64,000 bases of DNA from the human T2T-CHM13v2.0 reference genome, Homo sapiens. The stretch lies in the NCBI RefSeq assembly GCF_009914755.1, contig NC_060932.1; one strand, written 5' to 3'. Below, piece after piece: positions 46,415-58,900 of this stretch; position 1 is the stretch's first letter; every line of letters begins with the position of its first letter. The notes below the pieces were generated by a model that searched no databases, was not told the DNA's origin, and worked only from the letters and a program-made list of their open reading frames with translations. The translations under genes were made by a program, and so were the position numbers.

Positions 46415-46902
46415 CAATCTGCGTTTTGGGGAGGCACAGCCTTCAAGAAAAATGAAAGTGTGCTCTTTAAAGAACAAAAGGAATGTTTGGCTCACATAAG
46501 GAAAGTTCTCACCCAAGTTCTCAATCAGATCTATTTATGCAAACGAAGGATTCAAGCTTGTTTAGTTCTGATTGGCCAAGATAGTTGAGCCCTTGATTGG
46601 GTGGCTTCCTAAGACCCAAACTAGAAGGCTCTCTGAGATGTTTCTTCTAAAGGGCTAGTGGTGGGTCATTTCTTGCCAGTTTTTCTTGGCTTTTGTCACA
46701 GGAACTGTTCTGGCTTACGGGCATAAAGTAGGATGTTTATCCAGATTTGCCTTTCTATGAACAAAAGGCAAGTAAACACTCTTCTTTCACTCCACCATGG
46801 CCACTTTGTTCTGTAGTCTCAATTTTGGTATTTCTTCTATTAGTCATGGTGAGTCCATCTAGTCTGGAGTGCTTGGAGTCTCATTTACAGTTTAATTTCA
46901 CA
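46415..46902 (-). mobile_element. Old ERV1-type LTR (MER89/MER110-like), 3' end lost
   Basis: The reverse strand starts tgtgaaattaaac; two CCAAT boxes (attgg at ~46571 and ~46597). Family assignment is from memory only. Confidence 0.5.
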
Positions 46903-49900
46903 CTAATGTGTTAAGAATTTTTGCATCTGTGTTCATTAAGGATATGAGTAACTTTCTTTTCTTGAATTTACTTTTTCTAGTTTTGTTATCAGAGTAATAA
47001 TGCTGGCTTCACAAACTGATTTGGAATGTGTTCTATTTTTTGAAAATGAATGTGATTTTTATGAAAGATAAGTACTTGTGAAAGATAAGTATTACTTATT
47101 TTTAAAAATGTTTTATAGAATTCACCATTGAAGCCATGTGGGCCTGGAGTTTTTTGTGGGAAGGTTTTTTGTTTTGTTTTAACTTTTCATTTTGAAATAA
47201 TTTTAAATTTTTAGGAGAGTTGCAAAGATGGTTCAGAGAGTTCCTGTATCTTGTTCACCTAGGTTTCTGCAGTCAACAATTTACACAATTACAGTGTATT
47301 TATCAAAACAAAGAAAACAGGATTGGTACAATACTATTAAATAACTGTAGGATTTATTCAAATCTTACCATATATTTTACTGACTTTCTTTTCCAGGATT
47401 CAATCTAGGATAAGTGCATTTAATTTCATGTCTCCTTAGTCTCTTCCAATTTGTGACAGTTTCTCACTCTTTCCTTGTTTTCATGATTTTGATACTTGTG
47501 AAGAATACTGGTGAAAGTTGTGAAAACAGAAAAAGAGTGTTCCCTAATTTCAATTTTTGTAGACGTTCCTCAGTTTGGGTTTGTTTTGATTTTTCCCCTG
47601 ATTCAACTGGGGTTTTGAAGTTATTGGAAGAATACCACAGTGGTATCACATCATATCAGGGGGTTAATTTTGATCGTATAGTTAGAGTTGTGTCTCTCAG
47701 CTTTCTCCACTGTAAAGTTATAATTGTTTCTTTTTTATTTTCTATTGGTTGCAAGTGGGTCACTAATTTCAGTCCCTATTTGAGGGGAGAGGAATTAAGC
47801 TCCACCACTTGAAGAAAGGGTATAAAATAATTTTTAGACATCAAAACCACAGTAATTAATAAATATTTCACAGGAGATACTTGAGGCTATGCAAATATTG
47901 CTTCTCCTTTAAGCTTTGATTTCTAATGTTAGCATATATCAGTGGATCTTACCTGCAACAGTTACTACTGTGATGCTCTAATGATGACTTTCTATTTTCT
48001 TCATACCTTTCATGTTTCTTATTTGGCACTCTTCTGTAAGGGAAATATGCGCCGTCTTCTCTAATTATTTATTTATTTATCTATATCAGTATGGATTAAT
48101 GGATATTTATTTCTTGAGGGAGCATTATAATCCATATGGGGTTTTTGTTCGTCCTCAAATAGTTCCAGCTTTGGCCATTGGGAACTCTTTCAGGTTGATT
48201 TTGTGTCTTTTGACATACTCCATGTTTTTATGTTTTTGAACAATTTCTCATTTTCTGGCATTACAAGATAATCTAGGTTAACTTTGTATTTTTTTCTGTC
48301 TACCTGGAAAATTAGCCATTTCTCAAAATATCTTTGATTGGAGGATGGTATTTAGAAACAAAGATCTTTGTACCAGATGGGCTCACTGCAATTGGGATGT
48401 CACTGTTTCTAGGCTCTCTCAGCAAACAAAATGAGGAAATACTTGTATATATAAACTTGTGTAGACACACATATCTATATTTATTTCTCGACCTCTATTT
48501 ATTTATTCATCTATCATCTATCTTTAAAATATGTAAATTTGCGTGATTTTGTACTGATATGTCTGTCTCTAAATTTAGCACTGCTGGCAGGGTTCATTCT
48601 AGCCTCCTCTCTTTGTTTATTTGTATTCTGTGGCAGTTACTTGCTCATGTTCAACCCCAGTATAAATGTAGAATAGTTTCACAAATGCTAACTTGTATAG
48701 TATGGAAACAAACTTACCAGAGTACAATGCTTATGTATTGTTATTTTTTGTCTTTGGTATTACAGTTATCTAGTTAAAATATCCTTTCCTAATGTTCTTT
48801 AGGACACCTCCTTTATTCCTGACTCTCTTGTAACTAACTAGGTTATATTGTACCTTTTAAATACAATTTGATCAATTTGTCACACTTTGTATTCCTTCCA
48901 GGGATTTAAAAAAAAAGTTTGCAAACATTAACATTTAATGTTTGTGATGCATAATTCCATGGGTTTTGACAAACATGTAATTATCCAGCAACACTATAGA
49001 ATAGTTTCAACACTCTAAAAATTTCCTTGTGTGACTTTTGTAGTTAATACTTCCCTCTTTCATTGACCAGTTAGCCACTACTCTGTTTTCTTTATCTATA
49101 GTTTTGCCTTTCCCAGAATGTCATATAAATTGAATCAAACCTTATGTAGCTTTTTAGTTCTCAATTCTTCCTCTTAGCAAAATACATTTGATATTTAGTC
49201 ATGCTGTTCATATCAGTAGTTTATTTCTTTTTATTGCTGAGTAGTATTCTCTTGTATGGATTTAACCATAGTTTGTTTATTCATTCACCTCTTAACATCT
49301 TGGTTATTTTCAGTTTTCTGAGATTATGAATAAAACTGCTAGAAACATTGATGTATAGGTTTTTGTGTGAACATAAGTTTTCATTCTATTTGACTACATA
49401 CCTAGAAAGTGGGATTGCTAGGTCTTTTGCCTTTTAATATAAACTTTGAGTCATTGTTGATATGCACAAAATAACTTGATGAGATTTTGGTTGGGATTGC
49501 CATGTTTCTATAGATCAAATCATAAGAACTGACATCTTAAAAAATGTTGAGTCTTTCTATTCATGAACATGACATACTTCCGTATTTATTTAAATTTTCT
49601 TATATTTATTTCGTCAGAGTTTTGTAGTTTTCCTTTTATAGATTTGGTATGTATTTGTTTGGTTTATGTATGATTCAATTTTTAAAATAGACATAGACCT
49701 CTCCTTTTGTAAGCATTGGTACATTGTTTCTTTCAAGGAAATGGTCCATTTCATCAAAATTATCAAATTTGGGATAGTTGTTCTTACTATTTTTTAAATC
49801 TTTTTAATGTCATGTGATCAGAAGTGATGGACTGTCTTTCATTTTTTATATTAGTAATTTGTGTCTTTTCTTTTTTCCTTGATTAGCCTAGCTAGGAATT

Positions 49901-52900
49901 TATCAATTTATTGGTCTTTTCAAAGAGGTGGCTTTTGGTATTGTTGATTTTGTCTATTGATGCCCGGTTTTCAAGTTCATTGATTTTTAACTTTTATTAT
50001 TTATTTTTCTCTGCTTAGATTTTATTTTCTTTTTCTAGTTTACTAAGGTAGAAGCTTTATTAATTGTAGATATGTCTTACAATATATGCATTAAAATGCT
50101 AGAAATTTTCATCTAAGCACTGGTTTAGCTGCATCTCACAAGTTTTGATAGGTTGTATTTTCACTTTCATTTAGTTAAGCATATTTTTAATCTATTTTGA
50201 GACTTGACTCACATATTTTTAGAAGCATATGGTTTAATTTCCAGATATTTTGAGATTTTTCACTATAGTTGTGCTGTTAATTTATAATTTAGTTCCTCTG
50301 TGAACTCAGAGCATATTTTGAATGATTTGTATTCTTTTAAATTTATTAAAGGGTGTTTCATGGCCTAGAATGTGGTCTGTCTTGGTGTATGTTCCCTGGG
50401 TGCTTGAGAAGAATGTGTATTATGCTGTTGTTGGATGAAGCATTATAAAATGTTCATTAGATCAATTTTATTTATGCTGTTCATTTCAACTACATCTTCA
50501 CTGATTTTCTGCCAACTGTATATGTCAATTATTGATAGCTGTGTAAAGAGCATCTGTAACAGTGGATTAATCTCTTAATGGTTGCAGATGTATCAATTTT
50601 TGCCTCCTGTATTTTGACACTTTGTTGTTATGCACACACACATTAAGGATTGTTATGTTTTCTTGGAGGAATTCATCCTTTTATTATTATGAAATACTTT
50701 GATTTTTCTCTGATAATTTTCCTTGCTCTAAAGTTGGCTTTGTTTGAAATTAATGTGGATACTCTAGCTTTTGTTTATATTTAAAACAGGTTTCTTGTAG
50801 AGACAATACATTGCTTGGTGTTATTTATTTATTCAATTTCTTATTGATACATAATAGATATACAAATTTTAGAGGTGTATGTAATGATTTAATACATTAA
50901 TATATTTTGTAAGATTAAATCAGTGTCATTGGGATGCTCATCACCTTAAATATTTGTCTTTTCTTTATGTGAGAAACATTTGAGTTATTCTTTTCTATTT
51001 TGAAATATACAATAGATTATTGTAAACTATTATTACTGTACTGATCTATCAAACACTAGGTCATATTTCTTGTCTAACTGTATGTATGTACCTATCAACC
51101 AACCTCTCTTAATTCCCCAATCTCGTGATGCTATAGCTTGGGTATTGTTTGTTTGTCCCTACCAAATTGCATGTGAAAACTTGGTCCCTAGTATGGTAGT
51201 GTTGGGAAGTAGAGCCTAATGTGAGGTGTTTAGGTCATGGAGGTGTATCCCTCATAAGTAGATTAATGCCATTCTTGGGGGTGGAGGGTAAGTGAATTCT
51301 CATCTTGTTCGTTCTCATGAGTGTTGGTTGTTAAAAAGAGCCTGGCATCTCCTCCCCTTTTTCTTGTGTCCTCTCTTTCCATGTGATCTCTGCATGGCAC
51401 CCCTTCATCTTCCACCATGAGTGGAAGCAACTTGAGGCCCTCATCTGATGCAGATGCTGTTGCCATGCTTTTTAGAAAGTCTGCAGAACTATAAGCCAAA
51501 TAAACGTTTGTTCTTTATAAATTACCCAGCCTAATGTATTCCTTTATAGCAACACAAATGGACTAAGACATTGTGTCTTTTTGTTTTCATCCATTCTGAT
51601 ATTCTCTGCTTTTTAATTGGCATATTTAGACCATTCACGTTTAAGGTGACTATTTTTAGTTGAATTCATGGTTACTGTGTTTGTAACTGTGTTGCATTTA
51701 TTGTACTTGTTTTATTTCTTATTTTATCTTCTAATTTTTCTCTCTCTTCTTTTGCTTTATTTTAGCATTTTATACAATTCTATTTTCTCTCTTAGCATAT
51801 CAATTGTACTTCCTTTTAAAATTTTATTTTGGTGGTTGCTTAAGAGATTGAAGTGTTTATTTACAATGAATCCAAGTCCATTTCAAAATCTCACTGTACA
51901 ACTTCACAAATGATGTAAACCTGGTAACAGATTATTCACAATTCCTTTCTTCTGTACCTTATAACATCACTGTAATTTATTTCACTTATCCATAAAATAT
52001 CACAGAATACAGTATTGCTACAGTTCCACATTTGAGAAACTGATAGATTAAGAATAAGAAAAATAAAAGGTTTTATTTTATCCTTATTTTTTCCTTCCCT
52101 AATGCTATTCCTTTTATTAAATGTACATCAGAATTTCTGACCTATGTAATTTTCTTGTCTCTGAAGGAAATGAAAAACTTCTTTTTAATATTCCTTGCAA
52201 GGCAGATCTGTTGACAAATTTTTATAATTTTTGTTTGTTTGAGAAAATATTTCTTTCTCTTTCACTTTTGAAGGATAATTTGACTGAGTGTAGACCTATA
52301 GGTTGGTTGGTTTCTTTATTCAACACTTTAGATATTTCATTCTACCTTTTTCTTTTTTTTATGAACAGAAGTCTGATGTAATTCTTATACTGTTTCTCTG
52401 TAGATAAGGTGTTTGCTTTTTTTCTTTCAAAATGTCATCTTTGTCTTTCATTTTCTGCAGTTTGAATAGTATATTCTTATTTGAAACATTTTTTGATATT
52501 CATCCTGTTTGGTGTTCTCTGAGCTTCCTGGATTCATGGTTTGGTGTTTGTCATTAATTTTAGAAAATTTTCAGTTGTTATTACTTAAAATATTTCCTTT
52601 GTTCCTTTCTTCTCCATCTGCTATTCCCATTACACATACTTTATAGTTTTTATAATTGTCCCTCAGTTTTTGAATATGCTGTTCCATCTTTTTCACTCTT
52701 TTGTGTTTTTGTTTTTCAGTTTTAGAAGTTTTTATTGACATATTTTCAAGCTCATTGATTGTTTTTTTGGCCAAGTCTACTGCTCTGTTGATGAGTCTGT
52801 CAAAGGCATTCTTTATTTCTTTTATATTATTTTTTATTTTTAGCATTTCCTTTTTGATTCACTCGTAGAGTTTCCCTCTCTTTGCTCATAGTACCGGTGT

Positions 52901-54047
52901 ATTCTTGCATGTTGTCTACGTTTTACATTGGAACTCTTAGTATATTAACCACAGCTATTTTTCTCAGTCTAGCAATTCCAAATTTTCTGCCATATTTGAT
53001 TTATGCTTTCTTTGTCTCTTCAGACTTTTTTCTTGCCACTTAGAATGCCTTGTAATTTGTTATTGAAAGCTGGAGAAGGGTTATTCAGTAAAAGGAGCTT
53101 AGGTAGTTAGGTCTTAAGTATGACATTTTATGTTTATCTGGAGAAGAGTTAGACTGTGTTTACTGTTTATTGTAGCTGTGGTGTCAGAGGCTAAAATTTT
53201 TCTATTGTCCTTGTGTTTATCTTTTTTTATTTTTTGCTGTTTTGTTTTTCTGTACTGACTCCTTACTAAATAGTTTCTGAGGATTGCAGTTGTTTTAGTT
53301 GTTTCACCTGTTATTATATAAGAACTCTACTGATTTGGTGGTAAGTGTAGAGGGAGGAGAGGCATCTGATAGTTCTGTCATTAGGCCTCAGTCTGTCAAT
53401 GAGCTTGAGTTGAGTTTCCTTTCCCTACATTGAAGGCTAGAGAGGACTGGAATTTGGTATTTTCCATTTTCTACATTGAAGGCTAGAGGAGGATGAAATT
53501 GGGTATTTACCTTCCTCAGGCCCGTTAAGCTTTGGCAAAACACCATCTTTATAAAATAGTTTCCCTTGAGAGAAGACCTTGTTAAAATACAGAGCTTCAA
53601 GTGCATTTCAAAATGGTTACTTTCCTTCTCCCCCTATTAGATACAGGAGAGGATTTTTCTCTGATTTTCACCGAGAGAACCCGGTGGAGCTTCTAGAGAT
53701 AATACTTATGCAAGTGTGTTGGCACCCGTAAGACTGAGAAACTAAGATTTGGAATTTGAAACTTAGAAGTAGTCTACCCTGAGCCTCTGGCAATTAATTA
53801 TAAAGTGTTTGTGGATATACTGGTTCCACCTGCAGACCTCTGCTCCTGGACATTTGGTTCTGGTAAGCTGTGCAACTTTGTATTTGTCTGTTTGTTTAGT
53901 TTTTGTGGCAGCAGTTTGTGAGGTCACATTAATTTCTTGATGACGCTAACAAGAGTTGTTGATTTTCAGTTCAGCTTTTTTTCTCATTTTGAGGATGGGA
54001 GTGATAATTTCCAAGATCTTTATATGTCAGATTGGAAACTAGAATCT
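46903..54047 (-). mobile_element. Mosaic of ancient L1 elements: L1MC-like 3' UTR (~47180-49430), L1M ORF2 pieces, L1MA 3' end (~50820-51125), L1M ORF1/5' UTR (~51575-54047)
   Basis: ORF1-like peptide 52571-52846 (EIKNAFDRLINR...INELEN...EQHIQKLRDNYK); characteristic 3' UTR starts at ~47180 and ~50840. Confidence 0.7.
51129..51570 (+). mobile_element. MaLR LTR (MSTB-like)
   Basis: tgctatagcttgg ... ataaattacccagcc...tttatagcaacacaaatggactaagaca. Confidence 0.85.
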
Positions 54048-55448
54048 CATCAGCTTCTTGGAATGGACGAATGTAGGAGTTCACTGTTAATAATGTTAGC
54101 ATATTGTCAGAGAAATAGGTGATGTAATTAGTTTCTCATATTACCAATTTTTAATTCATTATCTCAACATTTTAATTTTGGTGAGATACTTTGTAATGTG
54201 ATTTTATCTAAAATATTGGCAAAAGGAGAAGAATAATTTTATACTTTTAATTGTATTTAAAGACATTTTAAATATTTATTTAAAACATAAATATAAAATA
54301 TAAATATTTTAAATATTTATACATATTTTGTTTGGGAGGATGATGCAAATGTTATACATTTCATATATAGATGTTTTTACAAAACCCAGTTTTAATAATT
54401 TAGATTTTTATGCCTATGTTTTCTAGTAAAGATTTTGAAATTGGAAACTGATTTTTAGATTAATATCAACATGTTTATGATAAAAACTTGTCACTGATTA
54501 AGAGCAACATGATTTCTTGCAGATTCTCACCCAGGAGTTCTTTAACAAGTAAATGAGCCCATTTACATATTTATTTCAGTATTTCTTGTTTTTAGCATAC
54601 TATTATTTGGTGAAGGGTCATTTTAATTGTTCTTCATTTTAATGAGCTCATATGGTAATCTTTCTTTGCCATTATCTTTTTATCTATTTGTGAATGTTTT
54701 GTTCTAAAAAGAGATTTTTATCTTTTTCTCAAAGAAATACAAGTTTTCTAAATAGAATTCAGTGTCACTATAGTTTGCTTGTGTTTGAATGTTTATATGA
54801 CATTTGGTGTTAAAATAATCTTTTAAATATTAAATCCATTTTGTGACTGTATTTAAATACTAAATGATGTGACTTTCATTCTTGCAAATAAGATATTACA
54901 CTCTGAATTTTATAAAGAGAATACAGGATATAATTTTATTGTTAATATAGAAATAGATACCAATTATATTTGTTATTGTGACACAAATATGTCTAAGAAT
55001 ATGGCTTTCATTTATTACTATATCATTAAAAAATGAACACAGTGTAAAAGTGAATCAATTTGATCTAAAGAGAATTTAATTTACAGTGTTAGGTATAGCC
55101 TTGTAATGAAAGTCTAGGATTTTGCTGACCAGTTTTCATGACTAATTCTTAGTTTCCCTCTGAGAGGGTAAAAACTAATAAACTGATCACATAGTCATAA
55201 GTTTACCTCTTAGGATAAGTTCTAGGAAATTGTGAGAAACCAAATTTCAGAGGCCTTTATTATCCTTGTGCATGATTTTTCTCTGCCTTATAAATATCCA
55301 GTCTTATTTCATTTTGATACTCAGTGATCTATATTGGGCCAGTCTCCCTTAATTTCCCGAATATTGTGAAACCAGTACACACTAATAGGTCTGTAGAAGG
55401 AATAATTTAATTTTAATAAAGGAATATTAAAAAAATGAATAATATTAA

Positions 55449-55862
55449 TTTCATACACGTCCATGTGAAGAGACCACCAAACAGGCTTTCTGTGAGCAAT
55501 AAAGCTGTTTATTTCACCTGGGTGCAGGTGGGCTGAGTCTGAAAAGAGAGTCAGTGAAGGGAGATACGGGTGGGGCTGTTTTATAAGATTTGGGTAGGTA
55601 AAGGAAAATTACAGTCAAAGGGGGGTTGTTCTCTGGTGGGCAGTTGTGGGGTTCACAAAGTGCTCAGCAGGGGAGCTTTTGAGCCAGGATGAGCCAGGAG
55701 AAGGAATTTCACAAGATAATGTCATCAGTTAAGGCAGGAACAGGCCATTTTCACTTCTTTTGTGGTGGAATGTCATCAGTTAAGGCAGGAACTGGCCATC
55801 TGGATGTGTAGGAGCAGGCCACAGGGGATATGATGGCTTAACTTGGGCTCAGAGGCCTGAGA
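55449..55862 (-). mobile_element. Solo LTR7 (HERV-H)
   Basis: 414 bp; the reverse strand reads tctcaggcctctgagcccaag...cctgccttaactgatgacatt (x2)...ggtctcttcacatggacgtgtatgaaa; 5-bp TSD attaa (55444-55448, 55863-55867). Confidence 0.93.
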
Positions 55863-55976
55863 ATTAATCCCAAGAATGACTCACTAAATGTGTGCCACGT
55901 GAGGTAGAAGTTTTTTTTTAGTTAGGTGTACCTAATTTTTCGTATCATATGCATCATGAATTAACTGTCTCCTTTT

Positions 55977-58900
55977 TTTTCTTCAACTTTTATTTTAAGT
56001 TCAGGGGTACATGTGCCAGATGTTCAGGTTTCTTACATAGGCAAATGTGTGCCATGGTGTTTTGCTGCACACAACATCCCACAACCTATGTATTAAGCCC
56101 AGCATCTGTTAGCTGTTCCTCCTGATGTTCTACCTCTCTCCGCACCCAGTTCCGACAGGCCTCAGTGTTTGTTGTTTCCCCCATGTGTCCATGTGTCCAT
56201 GTGTTCTCATCATTCAGCTCCAACTTATAAGTGAGAACATATGGTATTTAGTTTTCTCTTCCTGTGTTAGTTTGCTGAGGATAATGCCTTTCAGCTTTAT
56301 CCATGTCCCTGCAAAGGACATGATCTTGGGCTGAGACAATGGGGTTTTCTAGATATAGGATCATGTCATCTGCAAACAGAGATAATTTGACTTCCTCTCT
56401 TCCTATTTGAATAGCATTTATTTTTTTCTCTTGCCTGACTGCCCTGGCCAGAACTTCCAATACTATGTTGAGTAGGAGTGGTAGGAGAAAGCATCCTTGT
56501 CTTGTGCTCATTTTCAAGAAGAATGTTTCCAGCTTTTGCCCATTCAGTATGATACTGGCTATGGCTTTTTCATGTATGGCTCTTATTATTTTGAGGTATG
56601 TTTTTTCCATGCCTAGTTGAGAATTTTTAACATGAAGGGATTTTGAATTTTATTGAAGGCCTGTTCTGCATCTAATGAGACAAATTATGCATTTTTTGTC
56701 TTCAGTCCTGTTTATGTGAAGAGTTACATTTATTTATTTTTGTACATTGAACCAACCTTTTATTGTGGGAATTAAACCTACTTTATCATGGTGGATATGC
56801 TTTTTTATGTGCTGCTGGATTCGGTTTGCCAGTATATTGCATTTATGTTTGACAGTTTTTGCATCAGTGTTCATCAAGGACATTGCCTGAAGTTTTTTGT
56901 TGTTGTTGTATCTGTGCCAGGTTTTGGTATCAATGTGATATTTTTGCATTGATGTTCATCAAGGACATTGGCCTGAGGTTTTTTGTGTTGTTGTATCTGT
57001 GCCAGGTTTTGGTATCAGTATGATGTTGACCTCATAGAATGAGTTAGAGGGGAGACCCTCCTTTTTAATTTTTTGGAATAGTTTCAGTAGAATGGTACCA
57101 GCTTTTATTTGTACCTCTGGTAGAATTCAGTTGTGAATCCATCTCGTCCTGGGCTTTTTTGGGTTGGTAGGCTATCTATTACTGCCTGAATTTCAGAACT
57201 TATTATTGGCCTATTAACAGATTCAGTTTCTTCCTGGTTCAGCCTTGGGTAGGTGTATGTGTCCAGATATTATTTGTTTCTTATATATTTTCTAGTTTAT
57301 GTGCATAGAGGTGTTTATAGTATTCTCTGATGGTCGTTTATATTTCTGTGGGGTCAGTGGTGATATTCTTCTTATTTCTGATTGTGTTTATTTGATTCTT
57401 CTTTCTTTTCTTTTTTATTAGTCTTACCTAGTGGTATATTATATTAATTTTTTTTCCAAAAACCAGCTGCTGGGTTCATTGATTTTTTTTTGATTTTTTT
57501 TTTTTTTAATTTTTGTATCACCTTCAGTTCAGTTTTGATCTTGGTTACTTCTTGTCTTCTGTTAGCTGTGGGGCTTGCTCTTGGTTTGCCAGTTGTTTTA
57601 GGTGTGATGTTAGGTTTTTGAGATCTTTCTAGCTTTTTGATGTGGGCATTTAATGCTATAAATTTCCCCCCTAACACTGCTTTAGCTGCGTCCCAGAGCT
57701 TTGGGTACATTGTCTCTTTGTTCTCATTAGTTTCAAAGAACTTTCTTATTTTTCCCTTAATTTCATTATTTACACAGGAGTCATTCAGGAGCAGGTTGTT
57801 CAATTTCAATGTAGTTGTGTGTTCTTCAGTGATTTTCTTAATCTTGAGTTCTAATTTGATTGTGCTGTAGTCTGAGAGAATGTTTGTTATTATTTCAGTT
57901 CTTTTATATTTGCTGAGGAGTGTTTTACTTCAGATTATGTGATAAATTTTAGTCAATAAAATTTTAGTTAGATAAAATTAAGTGCCATGTGGTGATGAGA
58001 AGAATGTATATTCTGTTCTTTCCTTGGTGGAGTTCTGTAGGTATCTATCAGGTCCATTTGATTCAGAGCTGAGTTCAGGTCCTGAATATCCTTGGTAGTT
58101 TTCTGTCTCGATGATCTGTCTCATATTGACAGTGGGGTGTTAAAGTCTCCCACTATTATTGTTTGGGAATTTTAAGTCGTTTTGTCTCTAAGAACTTGCT
58201 TTATGAATCTGAGTGCTCCTGTATTAGGTGCATATATATTTAGGAGAATTAGCTCTTCTTGTTGAATTGAACCCTTTATCATTCCATAATAACTTTCATT
58301 GTCTTTTTTGATCTTTGTTGGTTTAAAGTCTGTTTTGTCAGAAATACTGGAATTGCAACCCCTGTGTTTTCTGTTTTAAATTTGTTTGGTAAATTTTCCT
58401 CCATCCTTTTATTTTGGGCCTATGTGTGTCTTTGCATGTGAGATGGGTCTCTTGAAGACAGCATACCAGTGGGTCTTGGCTTTTTATCCAGCTTGCAATT
58501 TTGTGTCTTTTAATTGGGGCATTTAGCCCATTTATATTTAAGGTTAGTATTGTTATTTGTGAATTTGATTCTGTCATCATGATGCTAGCTGGTTATTTCG
58601 CATACTTGTTTATGTGGTTGCTTCATAATGTCACTGATCTGTGTACTTCAGTGTGTTTTTGTAGTGGGTAGTAATTGTTTTTCTTTTCCATATTTAGTGC
58701 TTTGTTCAGGAGCTCTTGCAAGGCAGGCATGGTGGTGGAAATTCCCTAAGCATTTGATTGTCTGAAAAGGATCCTTTTTCTCCTTCACTTATGATGTTTA
58801 GTTTGGGCGAATATGCAGTTCTGGGTTGGAATTTCTTTTCTTTAAGAACATTGAATATTGGCCCCTAATCTCTTCTGGCTTTTAGGGTTTTTGCTGAGAG

